From assembly GCA_038884755.1 (NCBI GenBank), contig JAWABJ010000001.1, positions 64,001-128,000 of the forward strand: a DNA stretch of 64,000 nt. Direction: 5' to 3'. Of the stretch, positions 39,483 through 49,641 are shown one piece after another. The first letter of the stretch is position 1. Each line of letters starts with the position of its first letter. The position numbers were made by a program, and so were the translations under genes. The notes below the pieces were generated by a model that saw nothing but the letters and a program-made list of their open reading frames with translations, had not been told where the DNA came from and did not search any database. The DNA comes from Candidatus Norongarragalinales archaeon. Lineage in GTDB: Archaea; Micrarchaeota; Micrarchaeia; Norongarragalinales; Norongarragalinaceae.

Positions 39483-40271
39483 ATGGCTTATCCTTCTTTC
39501 ACTGAATCTTTCATTCGCATCAAGAAAAAGCCGGCTTTGCGCAAGCCTTTGCTAATCGTGGGCTTGCCGGGCGTGGGGTTGGTTTCAAAACTCGCCGTAG
39601 ACCATCTTGTCACGGAGTTCAAAGCGGAAAAAATCGCCACTCTCTATTCTCCGCATTTTCCCAACCAGGTTTTGGCGATGAAAAGCGGGAGGCTGCGCTC
39701 GTTTTCGATAGGGTTTTACGTGAAGAAGTTCAAAAACCGCGACGTGCTTTTCGTGCGGGGGGATTTGCAACCTTTAACGGTCGAAGGGCAGTTCGAGGTT
39801 GCTGCCAAAATCTTGGATTTCGCCAGGCAGGCTGGTTGCACCGAGGCGATAGCGATGGCGGGCTACGCGACGCCCGAGAAAAAGGCGAAGCCGGGCATAT
39901 ACTGCGCTTGCACCAACCAAGAGTTGTTCAAAAGGATGGTTTCGTTGGGTGCGCGCAACGCGGGTAAAGTGGTGCCGATCGTCGGAATGGCAGGTTTGCT
40001 TCCTGCAATGTCCAAGCTTTACTCGATGAAAGGATGCTGTTTGCTCGTGGAAACGCCGGGAACCCCCATGGACGCAGCCGGGGCGAAAGCTCTCTTGGAA
40101 TTGATTTCGAAAATCGTGGGGCAGAAAATGGAGTTCGCCCATTTGGACGACCGGGTGAAAAAAGCGGAAAAGCTTTTCAAGAAAATCCAGCCTCCGCAAG
40201 CTTCGCCCACCATGCAACCGCCCGCGATTCCAGACGCAATAGAGAAAGACGCGTTGCGCTACATACGGTGA
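39483..40271 (+). CDS. PAC2-family proteasome assembly chaperone
   Basis: GLPGVGLVSKLAVDHL, YSPHFP, GDLQP, IVGMAGLL; conserved position after nop10. Confidence 0.92.
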   Translation: MAYPSFTESFIRIKKKPALRKPLLIVGLPGVGLVSKLAVDHLVTEFKAEKIATLYSPHFPNQVLAMKSGRLRSFSIGFYVKKFKNRDVLFVRGDLQPLTVEGQFEVAAKILDFARQAGCTEAIAMAGYATPEKKAKPGIYCACTNQELFKRMVSLGARNAGKVVPIVGMAGLLPAMSKLYSMKGCCLLVETPGTPMDAAGAKALLELISKIVGQKMEFAHLDDRVKKAEKLFKKIQPPQASPTMQPPAIPDAIEKDALRYIR

Positions 40272-40276
40272 GAATA

Positions 40277-41236
40277 ATGCTGGAAATGGCTTTGCTTACA
40301 GGAAACTCGAACCCCGCGCTTGCGGAGAAGATAGCCTCGAGCTTGAAAAAAAAGCTCGTGCCGTGCACGGTGGGACGTTTTTCCGACGGCGAGATAAGCA
40401 TTTCCATCGATGAAAGCCTGCGGGGGAAGCATGTTTTCGTGATACAAAGCGTGTGCGATTCTTTGCTGAAGGGCGGCGAGAGGATTTCCGTCAACGACAG
40501 CCTCATGGAGCTTTTGGTTTTGCTTGACGCAGTCCGGAGGGACAACGCGGAGAAGATAACCGCCGTGATTCCCTACCTGGGTTATTCTAGGCAGGACAGG
40601 AAGGCAAAGCCGCGAGAGCCCATTACTGCAAAGCTTGTGGTTGACTTGATTGCAAAGCGCGGGGTTCACGACTTGATTTCGGTCGATTTGCATTCGGACC
40701 AAATCGAGGGGTTCGTGGACTGCTATTTCGGCAACATTACCGTCTCCCAGCTCGTTCCGGAACACGTCAAGAAAATCGGTTTTGGAAGCAACACCGTTGT
40801 GGTTTCGCCGGACAGCGGCGGCGCCAAGCGCGCGAAGAGGCTTGCGGACAGGCTGAGCGGTGAAATGGCCATTGTGCACAAGCACCGCCCGAAGCCCAAC
40901 GCTTCTCTCGTGACTCACGTGGTCGGGGATGTAGAGGGTAAGAACGCCTTGCTCTTTGACGATATCGTGGACACTGCCGGTTCGCTTGCCAACGCTGTGC
41001 AAGCGTGCGTGGACAACGGGGCGGCTAGGGTAGTCGCTTTCGCGACCCACCCGATTTTGTCCGGCGACGCGGTCGAAAAAATCGAAGAGTCTCCGCTGGA
41101 AAAGCTGTTCGTGACCGACACGATTCCCTTAAAGCGTTCGAGCAAGAAAATCGAGGTCGTCAGCGTGGCGCCGACCATCGCAAGCGTCACCGATCGGGTT
41201 TACAAGGGCGAGAGCGTAAGCGTGCTGTTCAAGTGA
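40277..41236 (+). CDS. prs: Ribose-phosphate pyrophosphokinase
   Basis: FSDGE, PYLGYSRQDRK, DLHSDQI, VSPDSGG, DDIVDTAGS. Confidence 0.96.
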   Translation: MLEMALLTGNSNPALAEKIASSLKKKLVPCTVGRFSDGEISISIDESLRGKHVFVIQSVCDSLLKGGERISVNDSLMELLVLLDAVRRDNAEKITAVIPYLGYSRQDRKAKPREPITAKLVVDLIAKRGVHDLISVDLHSDQIEGFVDCYFGNITVSQLVPEHVKKIGFGSNTVVVSPDSGGAKRAKRLADRLSGEMAIVHKHRPKPNASLVTHVVGDVEGKNALLFDDIVDTAGSLANAVQACVDNGAARVVAFATHPILSGDAVEKIEESPLEKLFVTDTIPLKRSSKKIEVVSVAPTIASVTDRVYKGESVSVLFK

Positions 41237-41270
41237 GCTTTTAATTCCTTCTCGCGCAATTCTATCTTTG

Positions 41271-41741
41271 ATGGAGGCGCTCGTTTTGCACTTGAAGGCC
41301 ATGGGCTTGGAACACTATTCAGAAATCCCGCTTAAGGGCACGAACCACAAAGTACTCAAGTTTTTCTTTCCCCCGCCCAAGTACGAACTAGCTCATCGTT
41401 GGTTCTGGCCTTTCGGCAAAGGCTACGTGAAGGAAGTGGAATACGAAGATAAACTTCACAAGCTCGGCGCCCATGATGTTGTGACGCAAGACGCCTACGA
41501 AATGATCGGCAAGCATTTCAAGAGTTTGGCTAACGACCTGCTCGTCGAAACCAAAAAACGCAAGGTGGGCTTAGAGTCCGAAGTCCAAGTAAACTTCGTC
41601 GAGCTCATCCCCTTGAGCAAAAAAGGGCAAGCGATTTTGGATGAACTCAAGAAATTCCTGGAAAAGCACGATGTCCCGCACCGCGAGAAGGAATTCCAGG
41701 AGAATTCGGCCGCAGCCGAGTTTTTCGAGTGGGGCAATTAG
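41271..41741 (+). CDS. Hypothetical protein
   Basis: 156-aa ORF filling the gap between prs and endoQ; no motif. Confidence 0.65.
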   Translation: MEALVLHLKAMGLEHYSEIPLKGTNHKVLKFFFPPPKYELAHRWFWPFGKGYVKEVEYEDKLHKLGAHDVVTQDAYEMIGKHFKSLANDLLVETKKRKVGLESEVQVNFVELIPLSKKGQAILDELKKFLEKHDVPHREKEFQENSAAAEFFEWGN

Positions 41742-41775
41742 CAATCGTTTTATGCCCTGCACGACAAATTTTTTC

Positions 41776-43038
41776 ATGCTTTATTTCGTCGACTTTCACC
41801 TGCACTCGAAATACTCGCGGGCTGTCTCGCAAGCCATGAGCTTGGAAGGGCTGGTGGCGGGGGCGAGGGAAAAAGGCCTGCAGATTCTCGGCACAGGCGA
41901 CTTTTCCCATCCTCTTTGGTTTAAGGAGTTGAAGCAAAAACTTTTGCCTGCTGAACCCGAAGGCTTGTTTGTGCTCAAGGGCTTCGAAGACAGCGGCGTT
42001 CACTTTGTTTTGACTAACGAAGTTTCCACGATTGCTTCCACGCCTCAAGGCGTGAAGAAAGTACATCATTTGCTTCACGCGCCGTCGCTCGAGGTTGTCG
42101 AACAAATAAACGACGTTCTGGCGAAAAAAGGAAACTTGACTGCAGACGGCAGGCCGACTTTCGGAAACACTCTGCCTGCTGAAATAGTGGAAATTGCGGA
42201 AAGCGCGAGCAAAGATAATTTCGTCATACCCTGCCACGCTTGGACGCCGTGGTTCAGCGTTTTCGGAAGCATGAGCGGCTTCAACTCGCTTGAAGAAGCG
42301 TATGAAGACAAGGCGGAAAGCATTTTCGCGATTGAAACGGGCATGAGCAGCGACCCTGCGATGAACTGGCGGATAAGCGCGTTGGACGGAATCACGCTTG
42401 TATCCAATTCAGACGCCCACTCGAACCACCCTTGGCGTCTTGGGAGGGAATGCAATGCTTTTGAATTTCCTTCGTTGCCTTCTTTCAAGCAACTGCGCAA
42501 CGCAATTGAGACGCGCAAAAACTTTGCTTTCACGGTTGAAGTTAACCCTTCTTACGGGAAATACCATTTCGACGGGCACAGGAACTGCAAATTCTCGTGC
42601 CCGCCTGGGGAAACGAAAAAACTCAAGGGAGTTTGCCCCGTGTGCAAACGACCGCTTACGATTGGTGTTTTGAATCGCGTCGAGGAGTTGGCGGACAGAC
42701 CTGAAGGCTATACGCCGGCAGATGCCGTTCCTTTCAAGACCGTGCTGCCGCTGCACGAGCTTTTGTCCGGGGTTTTGAAAGTGCAGCTGACTTCGAAGAA
42801 AGTTTCTCTTGCAGCTGAAAAAATATTGAGTTTGGGGAGCGAACTGCGCGTTTTGCTTGAAGCGCCGAGGGACGAATTGCTGAAAGTTGCTGACGCAAGC
42901 GTGGCCGACGTGATTTTGCTCAACCGCTCTGGTGGCATTGAAGTGAAGCCGGGTTTCGACGGCGAGTATGGCGTGCCTTTGGTTTCGGAAAAAACCGCTT
43001 CGAGCCTGTTGGGGCAGAAAAAGTTAGGCGAATATTAA
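41776..43038 (+). CDS. endoQ: Endonuclease Q family (PHP domain, Zn ribbon)
   Basis: DFHLHSKYSRA, GTGDFSHP, HAWTPW, SNSDAHS, GKYH, CPVC, PGFDGEYG. Confidence 0.9.
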   Translation: MLYFVDFHLHSKYSRAVSQAMSLEGLVAGAREKGLQILGTGDFSHPLWFKELKQKLLPAEPEGLFVLKGFEDSGVHFVLTNEVSTIASTPQGVKKVHHLLHAPSLEVVEQINDVLAKKGNLTADGRPTFGNTLPAEIVEIAESASKDNFVIPCHAWTPWFSVFGSMSGFNSLEEAYEDKAESIFAIETGMSSDPAMNWRISALDGITLVSNSDAHSNHPWRLGRECNAFEFPSLPSFKQLRNAIETRKNFAFTVEVNPSYGKYHFDGHRNCKFSCPPGETKKLKGVCPVCKRPLTIGVLNRVEELADRPEGYTPADAVPFKTVLPLHELLSGVLKVQLTSKKVSLAAEKILSLGSELRVLLEAPRDELLKVADASVADVILLNRSGGIEVKPGFDGEYGVPLVSEKTASSLLGQKKLGEY

Positions 43039-43053
43039 CGCGGGGGGGGGCGT

Positions 43054-43395
43054 TCATCGCCTTAGGAACCACCAAACCAGGAGTACGAGCACAAGGCCTA
43101 TTATGGTGGTCGTGCCTTGCGCGTTGAACAAAATCGAGCCTAAAAGAATAAGCAGGAAGCCGACCATCATGAACACGAACGGTTCCATTCCGAAAACTGT
43201 CTTGTGCATTGGCATGGGCGCGGTTGCCTGTGCCATCGCGCTTCCACCCCCTCCCCCGGGGTTGATGGGAGTGACATTGCCGGTTTGAGGGTCTACGCGC
43301 ACTGCAAACCCGCAGTTGCGGCAGTAAACAACGTTGTTCTGCGCGTCTACATCCAAGTTAGGATTGCCGCACTGCGGGCAGGAAACTTCACCCAT
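43054..43395 (-). CDS. TFIIB-type zinc ribbon protein with two C-terminal TM helices
   Basis: CPQCG...YCRNCGF, Gly linker, two hydrophobic helices. Confidence 0.8.
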   Translation of the reverse strand: MGEVSCPQCGNPNLDVDAQNNVVYCRNCGFAVRVDPQTGNVTPINPGGGGGSAMAQATAPMPMHKTVFGMEPFVFMMVGFLLILLGSILFNAQGTTTIIGLVLVLLVWWFLRR

Positions 43396-43451
43396 TGAAA
43401 ATCACGCAAGCATTACAGCATTTTCGGTTTTTAAACGATATGCAATGCAAA

Positions 43452-43751
43452 CTATTGTTTTTTGAAGTAGAGCATCGCGCCGAACGCCACGCGTATTAGT
43501 CTTCCAAGCTGGAAAAGCTCGTCTTGGTCGGGAGAGAAAACCATCGAGCCCATGGCTTCGAGAATAAGGTATACGCCCGCGATTTTCCACAGGTTTTTCG
43601 GCAATGCATTCAGCAAAAACATTATTCCGATTGCGATTCGCAGCAGCCTTCCTGCGAAGAACAAGGGAATCTGGTCTGTGCTATACACTATGGAGAAAAT
43701 GCCTTCGAGAATGAGGAAAACGCCGAACGCCTTGAGCAAACCGATTTTCAT
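43452..43751 (-). CDS. Small 4-TM protein made of two tandem repeats
   Basis: GVFLILEGIFSIVYSTDQ...GRLLRIAIG versus GVYLILEAMGSMVFSPDQ...GRLIRVAFG. Confidence 0.75.
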   Translation of the reverse strand: MKIGLLKAFGVFLILEGIFSIVYSTDQIPLFFAGRLLRIAIGIMFLLNALPKNLWKIAGVYLILEAMGSMVFSPDQDELFQLGRLIRVAFGAMLYFKKQ

Positions 43752-43760
43752 TTTTGCGTT

Positions 43761-44183
43761 TCACTCGCCTATTATTTTCACTATCACGCGCTTGCGCCTT
43801 TGCCCGTCGAATTCCGCGTAGTAAATTTGCTCCCACGGGCCGAGGTCGAGCTTTCCGCCGGTAATGGGCATGACAACCTGGTGGCCGATGAGCATTCGTT
43901 TGAGGTGGGCGTCGCCGTTGTCTTCGCCAGTGCGGTGGTGTTTGTAATCGCTTTTGAAGGGGGCGAGGCGTTCGAGCATTTGCTGGATGTCGTCTATAAG
44001 CCCGTCTTCAGCGTCGTTGACGTAAACGCTTGCGGTAATGTGCATTGCAGACACGAGGCAAAACCCTTCCTTGACTTTGCTTTTCGCAACGATTTTTTCA
44101 ACGTCGTCCGTAATATTTACGAACTCACGTTTGTTTTTCGTGTTGAACCACAAGTATTCAGTGTACGATTTAATTTCAATCAC
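43761..44183 (-). CDS. yjbQ: YjbQ/UPF0047 family protein
   Basis: [31 protein letters not shown]. Confidence 0.92.
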   Translation of the reverse strand: MIEIKSYTEYLWFNTKNKREFVNITDDVEKIVAKSKVKEGFCLVSAMHITASVYVNDAEDGLIDDIQQMLERLAPFKSDYKHHRTGEDNGDAHLKRMLIGHQVVMPITGGKLDLGPWEQIYYAEFDGQRRKRVIVKIIGE

Positions 44184-45031
44184 TTTTTGAATAATGATGC
44201 TGCGCCAAGCACTCCGAGGTTTTCATGGGCGGTTATGCGTATTTTGGCGTGTGGTACTGGCGAACGCAAGCGAAGGTATTCTTCGCGCGTTTTTTCAACA
44301 AGCGCCTCCCATTTTCTCATTCCGCCGGCTAAAACGATTGCTTCTGGAGTGTGGGTTTGGGTAATAATCTGGAGGGCGTGAGCGAGTTTGCTTGCAACTG
44401 CATTCATTGCCCGAATTGCGTGCTTGTCGCCTTGTTCTTGCAGTTTTGCCAAGTCTTCGGAATCTTCGATTTTTTGCTTTCCTTTGTAGAACCGAACCAT
44501 AGCCCTGGTCCCGATTTGCGCTTCCAGTTCAGGTTCGTCGGGATGCAAGAGGATTTGTCCTGGTTCCATTCCTCTTACGTACGGTTCTTTCAACCTTGGC
44601 GAATTGTCTACGAACGAACCACCTATGCCCGTGCCAAGCGTCAGCAAAAGAAGTGTTTTTTCGTCGTGCCCTCCGTAGTGTAATTCTCCAAGTCCTGCCG
44701 CAATAGCATCGTTTACTGCCCTTACTTCTACCTTCAAACCTTTGGATTCCAAAGCGTTTTTGGCTTCCTGTTCTACGTTCGTGTTGTTGAAGGGAAGCGC
44801 GCCTGCCGAAACCAGTTTTCCCTTGAAGATTCCTGCAGTTCCAATTCCCACGCCCGCAATCCTTTTCTGTGCTGCTAACGTAGTTACGGCTTTTGCGATC
44901 TTAGTGAAAAGCTTTTTCTTATTCGTTGGAGTTCGAAAAGTAATCGTTTCGACAGCCTTGCCCGCCTGTAGATTTACAAGACCGCATTTTATTTTGGTCC
45001 CACCGATGTCAACGCCCACAGCAAAAGTCAT
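44180..45031 (-). CDS. ROK-family sugar kinase
   Basis: [40 protein letters not shown]. Confidence 0.88.
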   Translation of the reverse strand: MTFAVGVDIGGTKIKCGLVNLQAGKAVETITFRTPTNKKKLFTKIAKAVTTLAAQKRIAGVGIGTAGIFKGKLVSAGALPFNNTNVEQEAKNALESKGLKVEVRAVNDAIAAGLGELHYGGHDEKTLLLLTLGTGIGGSFVDNSPRLKEPYVRGMEPGQILLHPDEPELEAQIGTRAMVRFYKGKQKIEDSEDLAKLQEQGDKHAIRAMNAVASKLAHALQIITQTHTPEAIVLAGGMRKWEALVEKTREEYLRLRSPVPHAKIRITAHENLGVLGAASLFKK

Positions 45032-45082
45032 ATGGATAATTATTCGAATTGAGAGGATTTTAAACCAATCGAGTCGGAAAAC

Positions 45083-45862
45083 TCAAACGAGTTTTTTCCT
45101 CGCGTATTCAACCGCGTTTTCGAAAACCTTCAAGCCTTCACCTTGCTTTGCTTCCCCGCGCGTCCAACGCGGGTGGTTGGTCGCGAAACAAAAAGCTTCG
45201 GGGTGGGGCATGAGCCCGAAAACCCTTCCCGTTTCGTCGCAGATGCCCGCAATGTCTTCCATCGAGCCGTTGGGGTTCCAAGGGTATTCGGCGTTTTTCG
45301 CGCTTTTCTTGTGCGGGTTGAAATAGCGGAAAACGATTTGCTTGTTTTTGTTCAGCAGCGCGAGAGTTTCTTCGCCCGCAATGAACTTTCCCTCACCGTG
45401 GCGCACTGGAAGCGCGAGTTCTTTTATTCCTTTAGTCCAAACGCTCCGCGAGTCGGCGTTTTTCAGGCAAACCCACCTGTCTTCAAAGTGCCCCGAGTCG
45501 TTGAAAGTGAGGGTGGTGGTTTGCTCGAGCGATTTAGGGTTGGGCAGCAGCCCCGCCTTCACGAGAATCTGGAAGCCGTTGCATATGCCTATAGCGAGCT
45601 TTCCGGCGTCGATGAAGTCTTGGATTTGCGTCTGCAGCTTGAAGCGCAGTTTGTTGGCGAATACTTTTCCGCTGGCAATGTCGTCCGCAAAGGAGAAGCC
45701 GCCTGGAATCGCGAGAATGTGGTAGTCTTTAAGCATGTTTTTCTGCAGAACGTCGTTGAAGTGCACGCGGTCGGCGTGGGCGCCGGCCGTTTTGAACGCG
45801 TTTTGCGTTTCGAAATCGCAGTTTATGCCGTAGCCGGTTAAAACCAGCGTTTTGACTTCCAA
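45083..45862 (-). CDS. purQ: FGAM synthase glutaminase subunit
   Basis: GINCD, PGGFSFAD, GICNGFQ, HGEG, GLMPHPE. Confidence 0.95.
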   Translation of the reverse strand: MEVKTLVLTGYGINCDFETQNAFKTAGAHADRVHFNDVLQKNMLKDYHILAIPGGFSFADDIASGKVFANKLRFKLQTQIQDFIDAGKLAIGICNGFQILVKAGLLPNPKSLEQTTTLTFNDSGHFEDRWVCLKNADSRSVWTKGIKELALPVRHGEGKFIAGEETLALLNKNKQIVFRYFNPHKKSAKNAEYPWNPNGSMEDIAGICDETGRVFGLMPHPEAFCFATNHPRWTRGEAKQGEGLKVFENAVEYARKKLV

Positions 45863-48819
45863 GCGTTTTTCAACTCCGTGATTTTCTCGTCGATTATTTT
45901 CTTGCCGTTCAGCCCCATGCAGGATAGCTTGTTTCCTTTCACCACGCCTATTTGCGCGAACTCCGTTCCTTTCATGGTTTCCTCGAATTCCTTTGCGTTC
46001 TTGTGGCTTACGCTGACAACGAACCTCCCTGCGCTTTCCGAATACAAGAGAACGTCGTTTTTCCTCGCGTCTTCGGGGGCGGTGATTTTGCGCAAGTCCA
46101 TTTCAACCCCGAGACCGCCCGCGAAGGCAGACTCTGCAATGGCAACCGCAAGCCCTCCGTCAGAACAATCGTGCGCCGACGCTACCACCCCCTTTTCTAT
46201 GGCTTTGCTCAACGCGTTGTAGAGCTTCTTGTTTTCTTCAGCATTGACGCGCGGCACGAAGCCGCCTTTCTTTCCCAGCGAAGCGTAGTACTCGCTTTCG
46301 CCCAATTCGTTCTTGGTTTTCCCGAGAATGAACACGGCATCGCCTTCTTTCTTGAAGTCCATGGAAACCGTTTTGGAAACGTCTGGAATCTTGGCGACTA
46401 CCGTAAACAACAGCGTGGGGAGAACGGAAATCTTTTTGCTTCCTGCGAAAGCGTCGTTTTTCATGCTGTCTTTGCCTGAAACGCACGGCACGCCGTAAGT
46501 TTTCGTATACTCGTATAATGCTTTGTTTGCCTTGACGAGGTCTCCGAGCTTGAGTTCGGCGTCGGGGTTTGTTTTGGAGGGAAGGGGGTCGGGCCAGCAG
46601 AAGTTGTCCAGGCAAACCATGCGTTCGAGTGAAGCTCCGGTTGCAACGCAATTGCGTATCGCCTCGTCCAGGGCGTTGGCTGCCATCAAGTACGCGTCGG
46701 CTTTGGAGTATTTTGGACACAATCCGTTTGCTATGACCAGCCCTTCCTGTGAATCGTATAGTGGCTTGATTGCCGCGGCGTCGGAAGGCCCGTCGTTTTC
46801 CGCGCCTTCGAACGGTTTTATGACGCTCAACGCCTGCACTTCGTGGTCATAGCGGCGCACTATTTCCTCTTTCGAGCAGACGTTCCAGCCGGAAAGAATT
46901 TTTTTGAGCGCGGTAGCGTGGTTTTTCGGCTCGGGCACGCTTTCGGCGCTTTCCTTCGTCTTTCTTGAGGTGGCTTTCAAGTTCAACTGGGGCGGGTTGT
47001 GGATGAATTCAAGCTCCAAAAGCCCGATGGTTTTTCCTTCAAACATCACTTGCACTACTCCTGTGTTCGTGAAAACCCCAATTTCGCTTGCCTCGACTTC
47101 GTGCTTTCGCGCGAGTTCAAAAAACCTATCGCGGTTTTCGGGCTTGATTGCGAGTGTCATGCGTTCTTGCGATTCGCTGAGGAAGATTTCCCAGGGAGCC
47201 AAGCCGGAATACTTGAGGGGCACTTTGTCCACGTGCACCACCGCACCGTTGCTCTGTTGCGCCATTTCGCCCACGCTGCTGCTCAACCCCCCGGCGCCGT
47301 TGTCGGTAATGCTTTCAATAAGTCCTTCATCCCTCGCGTCCATGACCAAGTCGATTACTTTTTTTTGCGTGAACGGGTCGCCGATTTGCACTGCACTGGC
47401 CGGCGAGGCTTGAGTGAGGCCCATTGATGAGAACGTAGCGCCGTGAATGCCGTCTTTTCCCACGCGCCCTCCGACCATTAAAATCAATTGTCCCGCCTTA
47501 GCTTTTTTTTCGTGCGTGAGCCTTCCATCCTTGAGCTTAGCAGGCATTATGCCTCCTGTTCCGCAGTACACGAGCGGCTTTCCTGCGAAAGAATCGTCGA
47601 AAGTAATCGAGCCGTTGACAGTCGCGATTCCGCTTTTGTTTCCGCCGTCTTGAATGCCTCGCACCACCCCCCACAGTATTTGCTGCGGGTGGATTTTCGG
47701 GTAAGGCCCTTTGTAATCGGGAGGGGCGAAGCAGAAAACGTCTGTATTGAAAATGGGTCTTGCCCCGAGCCCTGCGCCGAGAATGTCGCGGTTGACGCCG
47801 ACTATTCCGGTTACGGCTCCGTCGTACGGGCCCAATGCGCAGGGGGAGTTATGCGTTTCCACTTTTACTGCCACGTTCCAGTTTTTGTTGAAGGAAAATA
47901 TTCCCGCGTTGTCTTTGAATGCCGAAAGTACGAACCCAGGCTTTTCGCGCATGATTTCCTCCGCCGATTTTTTTACGAAAGTCTTGAAGAGCGAGTTGAT
48001 TTTTTCTTTTTTACCGCTTTCGTCCTCGTATTCTATGGTCGCGTTGAAAATCTTGTGCTTGCAGTGTTCGCTCCAGGTTTGCGCTATGCTTTCCAGCTCG
48101 ACGTCAGTTGCGTTTTGAGTCAAGCCTAGCTTCCTGCGTTTTTGGGCGAAAGAGCGTTCGGAGTACTTCTTTTTAACTGCCGCAAGTTCGTTTGCCGTAA
48201 GCGCGAGCAGCCTCTGTTTGGCGAGCTTTTCCAGTGCCTGCACGCTTGCGCCCATGTTAATTTCCTCGACAAGCGCGTTTTTTTCCGAAACGACCAACGG
48301 CGGGTTTGCCGGAAAGCCTTCGGTTTCTTTGAACTCGCTCCTGCCCTTCACCTGCCATTGTTCGAGCAGGTCGTTCGCCGCGAGGGTGGAAATTATTTTT
48401 TCCGCCTCTTGCTTTGTCACGCCTGAGAAGAGATACTGCCGCGAGGTGAATGCAGTGCCGTTGAAGGATGGCATCGCGTCTTTGATTGCCTGTGCGGTAG
48501 TGCGGCCTACGTTGTCGCTCACTCCCGGCTTGAATCCCACTTCCACCGCGAAATCGAATTTCCTGTCGTCTTTCAGGGCGAGTGATTCGTTTATGCAAAA
48601 CTCTTGCAGCAAGGGGTCGGCGAGAAGCTGTTTCGCCACTCGTTCCAAGTTCCAAAAGCCGCTTATGCCGCCGAGAGTGTAGACGTCGATGGTGTCAACT
48701 GCCTTGAGCTTGAATCCCGCTGCTTTGGCGGCGTGGAAGAGGGCTTCGGCAAAGGGGTTTTTCACTCCTTCCTTGAAACCGACTTCAATCCTGTGGAAAA
48801 AGCCTTTGGGCTTTTCCAT
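45838..48819 (-). CDS. purL: FGAM synthase PurL with N-terminal PurS-like extension
   Basis: QTWSEHCKHKIF, KVETHNSP, DGIHGATFSS, DNGAGG, SESQERM, SGKDS, HDCSDGG; ~990 aa. Confidence 0.95.
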   Translation of the reverse strand: MEKPKGFFHRIEVGFKEGVKNPFAEALFHAAKAAGFKLKAVDTIDVYTLGGISGFWNLERVAKQLLADPLLQEFCINESLALKDDRKFDFAVEVGFKPGVSDNVGRTTAQAIKDAMPSFNGTAFTSRQYLFSGVTKQEAEKIISTLAANDLLEQWQVKGRSEFKETEGFPANPPLVVSEKNALVEEINMGASVQALEKLAKQRLLALTANELAAVKKKYSERSFAQKRRKLGLTQNATDVELESIAQTWSEHCKHKIFNATIEYEDESGKKEKINSLFKTFVKKSAEEIMREKPGFVLSAFKDNAGIFSFNKNWNVAVKVETHNSPCALGPYDGAVTGIVGVNRDILGAGLGARPIFNTDVFCFAPPDYKGPYPKIHPQQILWGVVRGIQDGGNKSGIATVNGSITFDDSFAGKPLVYCGTGGIMPAKLKDGRLTHEKKAKAGQLILMVGGRVGKDGIHGATFSSMGLTQASPASAVQIGDPFTQKKVIDLVMDARDEGLIESITDNGAGGLSSSVGEMAQQSNGAVVHVDKVPLKYSGLAPWEIFLSESQERMTLAIKPENRDRFFELARKHEVEASEIGVFTNTGVVQVMFEGKTIGLLELEFIHNPPQLNLKATSRKTKESAESVPEPKNHATALKKILSGWNVCSKEEIVRRYDHEVQALSVIKPFEGAENDGPSDAAAIKPLYDSQEGLVIANGLCPKYSKADAYLMAANALDEAIRNCVATGASLERMVCLDNFCWPDPLPSKTNPDAELKLGDLVKANKALYEYTKTYGVPCVSGKDSMKNDAFAGSKKISVLPTLLFTVVAKIPDVSKTVSMDFKKEGDAVFILGKTKNELGESEYYASLGKKGGFVPRVNAEENKKLYNALSKAIEKGVVASAHDCSDGGLAVAIAESAFAGGLGVEMDLRKITAPEDARKNDVLLYSESAGRFVVSVSHKNAKEFEETMKGTEFAQIGVVKGNKLSCMGLNGKKIIDEKITELKNAWKSKRWF

Positions 48820-49004
48820 CAACCCACCGCCCGAAAGACACCTGGAAAAAGAACAGTTTTTTCTGAAAGGGTTTTTACGGTCTTCTCGTTAATAATGCTA
48901 TTCCCGCTGCAGAGGGGGAAATGCTCTATACGTTTAAAAACTTGAGTGCGGTTAAGTCTCACAAAACTCGCTTTTCCGTTTTTGGCTATCGGGTGTCGCG
49001 CAGA

Positions 49005-49625
49005 ATGCCTTGGAAGAAACTGTTGAACTGGCTTTTCGGCCTTTTTGGACGCAAAAAAGAATTCAGCTTGGGGCTGTACGGCCCTCCCAACGCCGGAAAG
49101 ACGACGCTTGCGAATCGCATTTCCCTCGACTGGACTGGCGAGCCTGTTGGGAAAGTAAGCGAAATCCCGCACGAAACCAGGCAGGTGCAGAAGAAAGAGC
49201 GCGTGGAAATAAGGGTGGACGGAAAGCGCCTGACCATGAACCTTTTGGACATGCCCGGCATTGCGACCAAGGTTGACTACCGCGAGTTCATCCCATACGG
49301 CATTGAGTTGAAGGAAGCGCAGCAGCGGGCTAAGGAAGCCACCAAGGGCATTATCGAGGCGATAAAGTGGCTTGAGCACGTTGACGTTGCTCTCGTGGTG
49401 CTGGATTCGACCGAAGATCCTTACACGCAAGTCAACCTCACTATCATCGGAAATCTGGAAGCACGCAAAATTCCCGTGATCATAGTCGCGAACAAGTGCG
49501 ACGCTAAAAAGGCGAAGCCCGACAAGATAAAATCGGCTTTCCCGCAGTACAAGATAGTGGAAGTTAGCGCGTTGAAGGGGGACAACATCCACAAGCTTTA
49601 CAAGGAGATTGCCGCCGCGGCGTGA
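49005..49625 (+). CDS. oapA: Era-like GTP-binding protein (OapA)
   Basis: GLYGPPNAGKTTLANRI, IPHETR, DMPG, DPYTQVN, NKCD, SAL. Confidence 0.88.
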   Translation: MPWKKLLNWLFGLFGRKKEFSLGLYGPPNAGKTTLANRISLDWTGEPVGKVSEIPHETRQVQKKERVEIRVDGKRLTMNLLDMPGIATKVDYREFIPYGIELKEAQQRAKEATKGIIEAIKWLEHVDVALVVLDSTEDPYTQVNLTIIGNLEARKIPVIIVANKCDAKKAKPDKIKSAFPQYKIVEVSALKGDNIHKLYKEIAAAA

Positions 49626-49641
49626 GAAGGTGTTCGAAACA

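Noticed and set aside
43042..43050. G9 run as a phase-variation tract
   Set aside because: Lies between two convergent stop codons, so length changes would not alter a coding frame or promoter
48820..49004. Origin next to oapABC
   Set aside because: Only a weak CACCTGGAAA half-site; better explained as divergent promoters for purL and oapA
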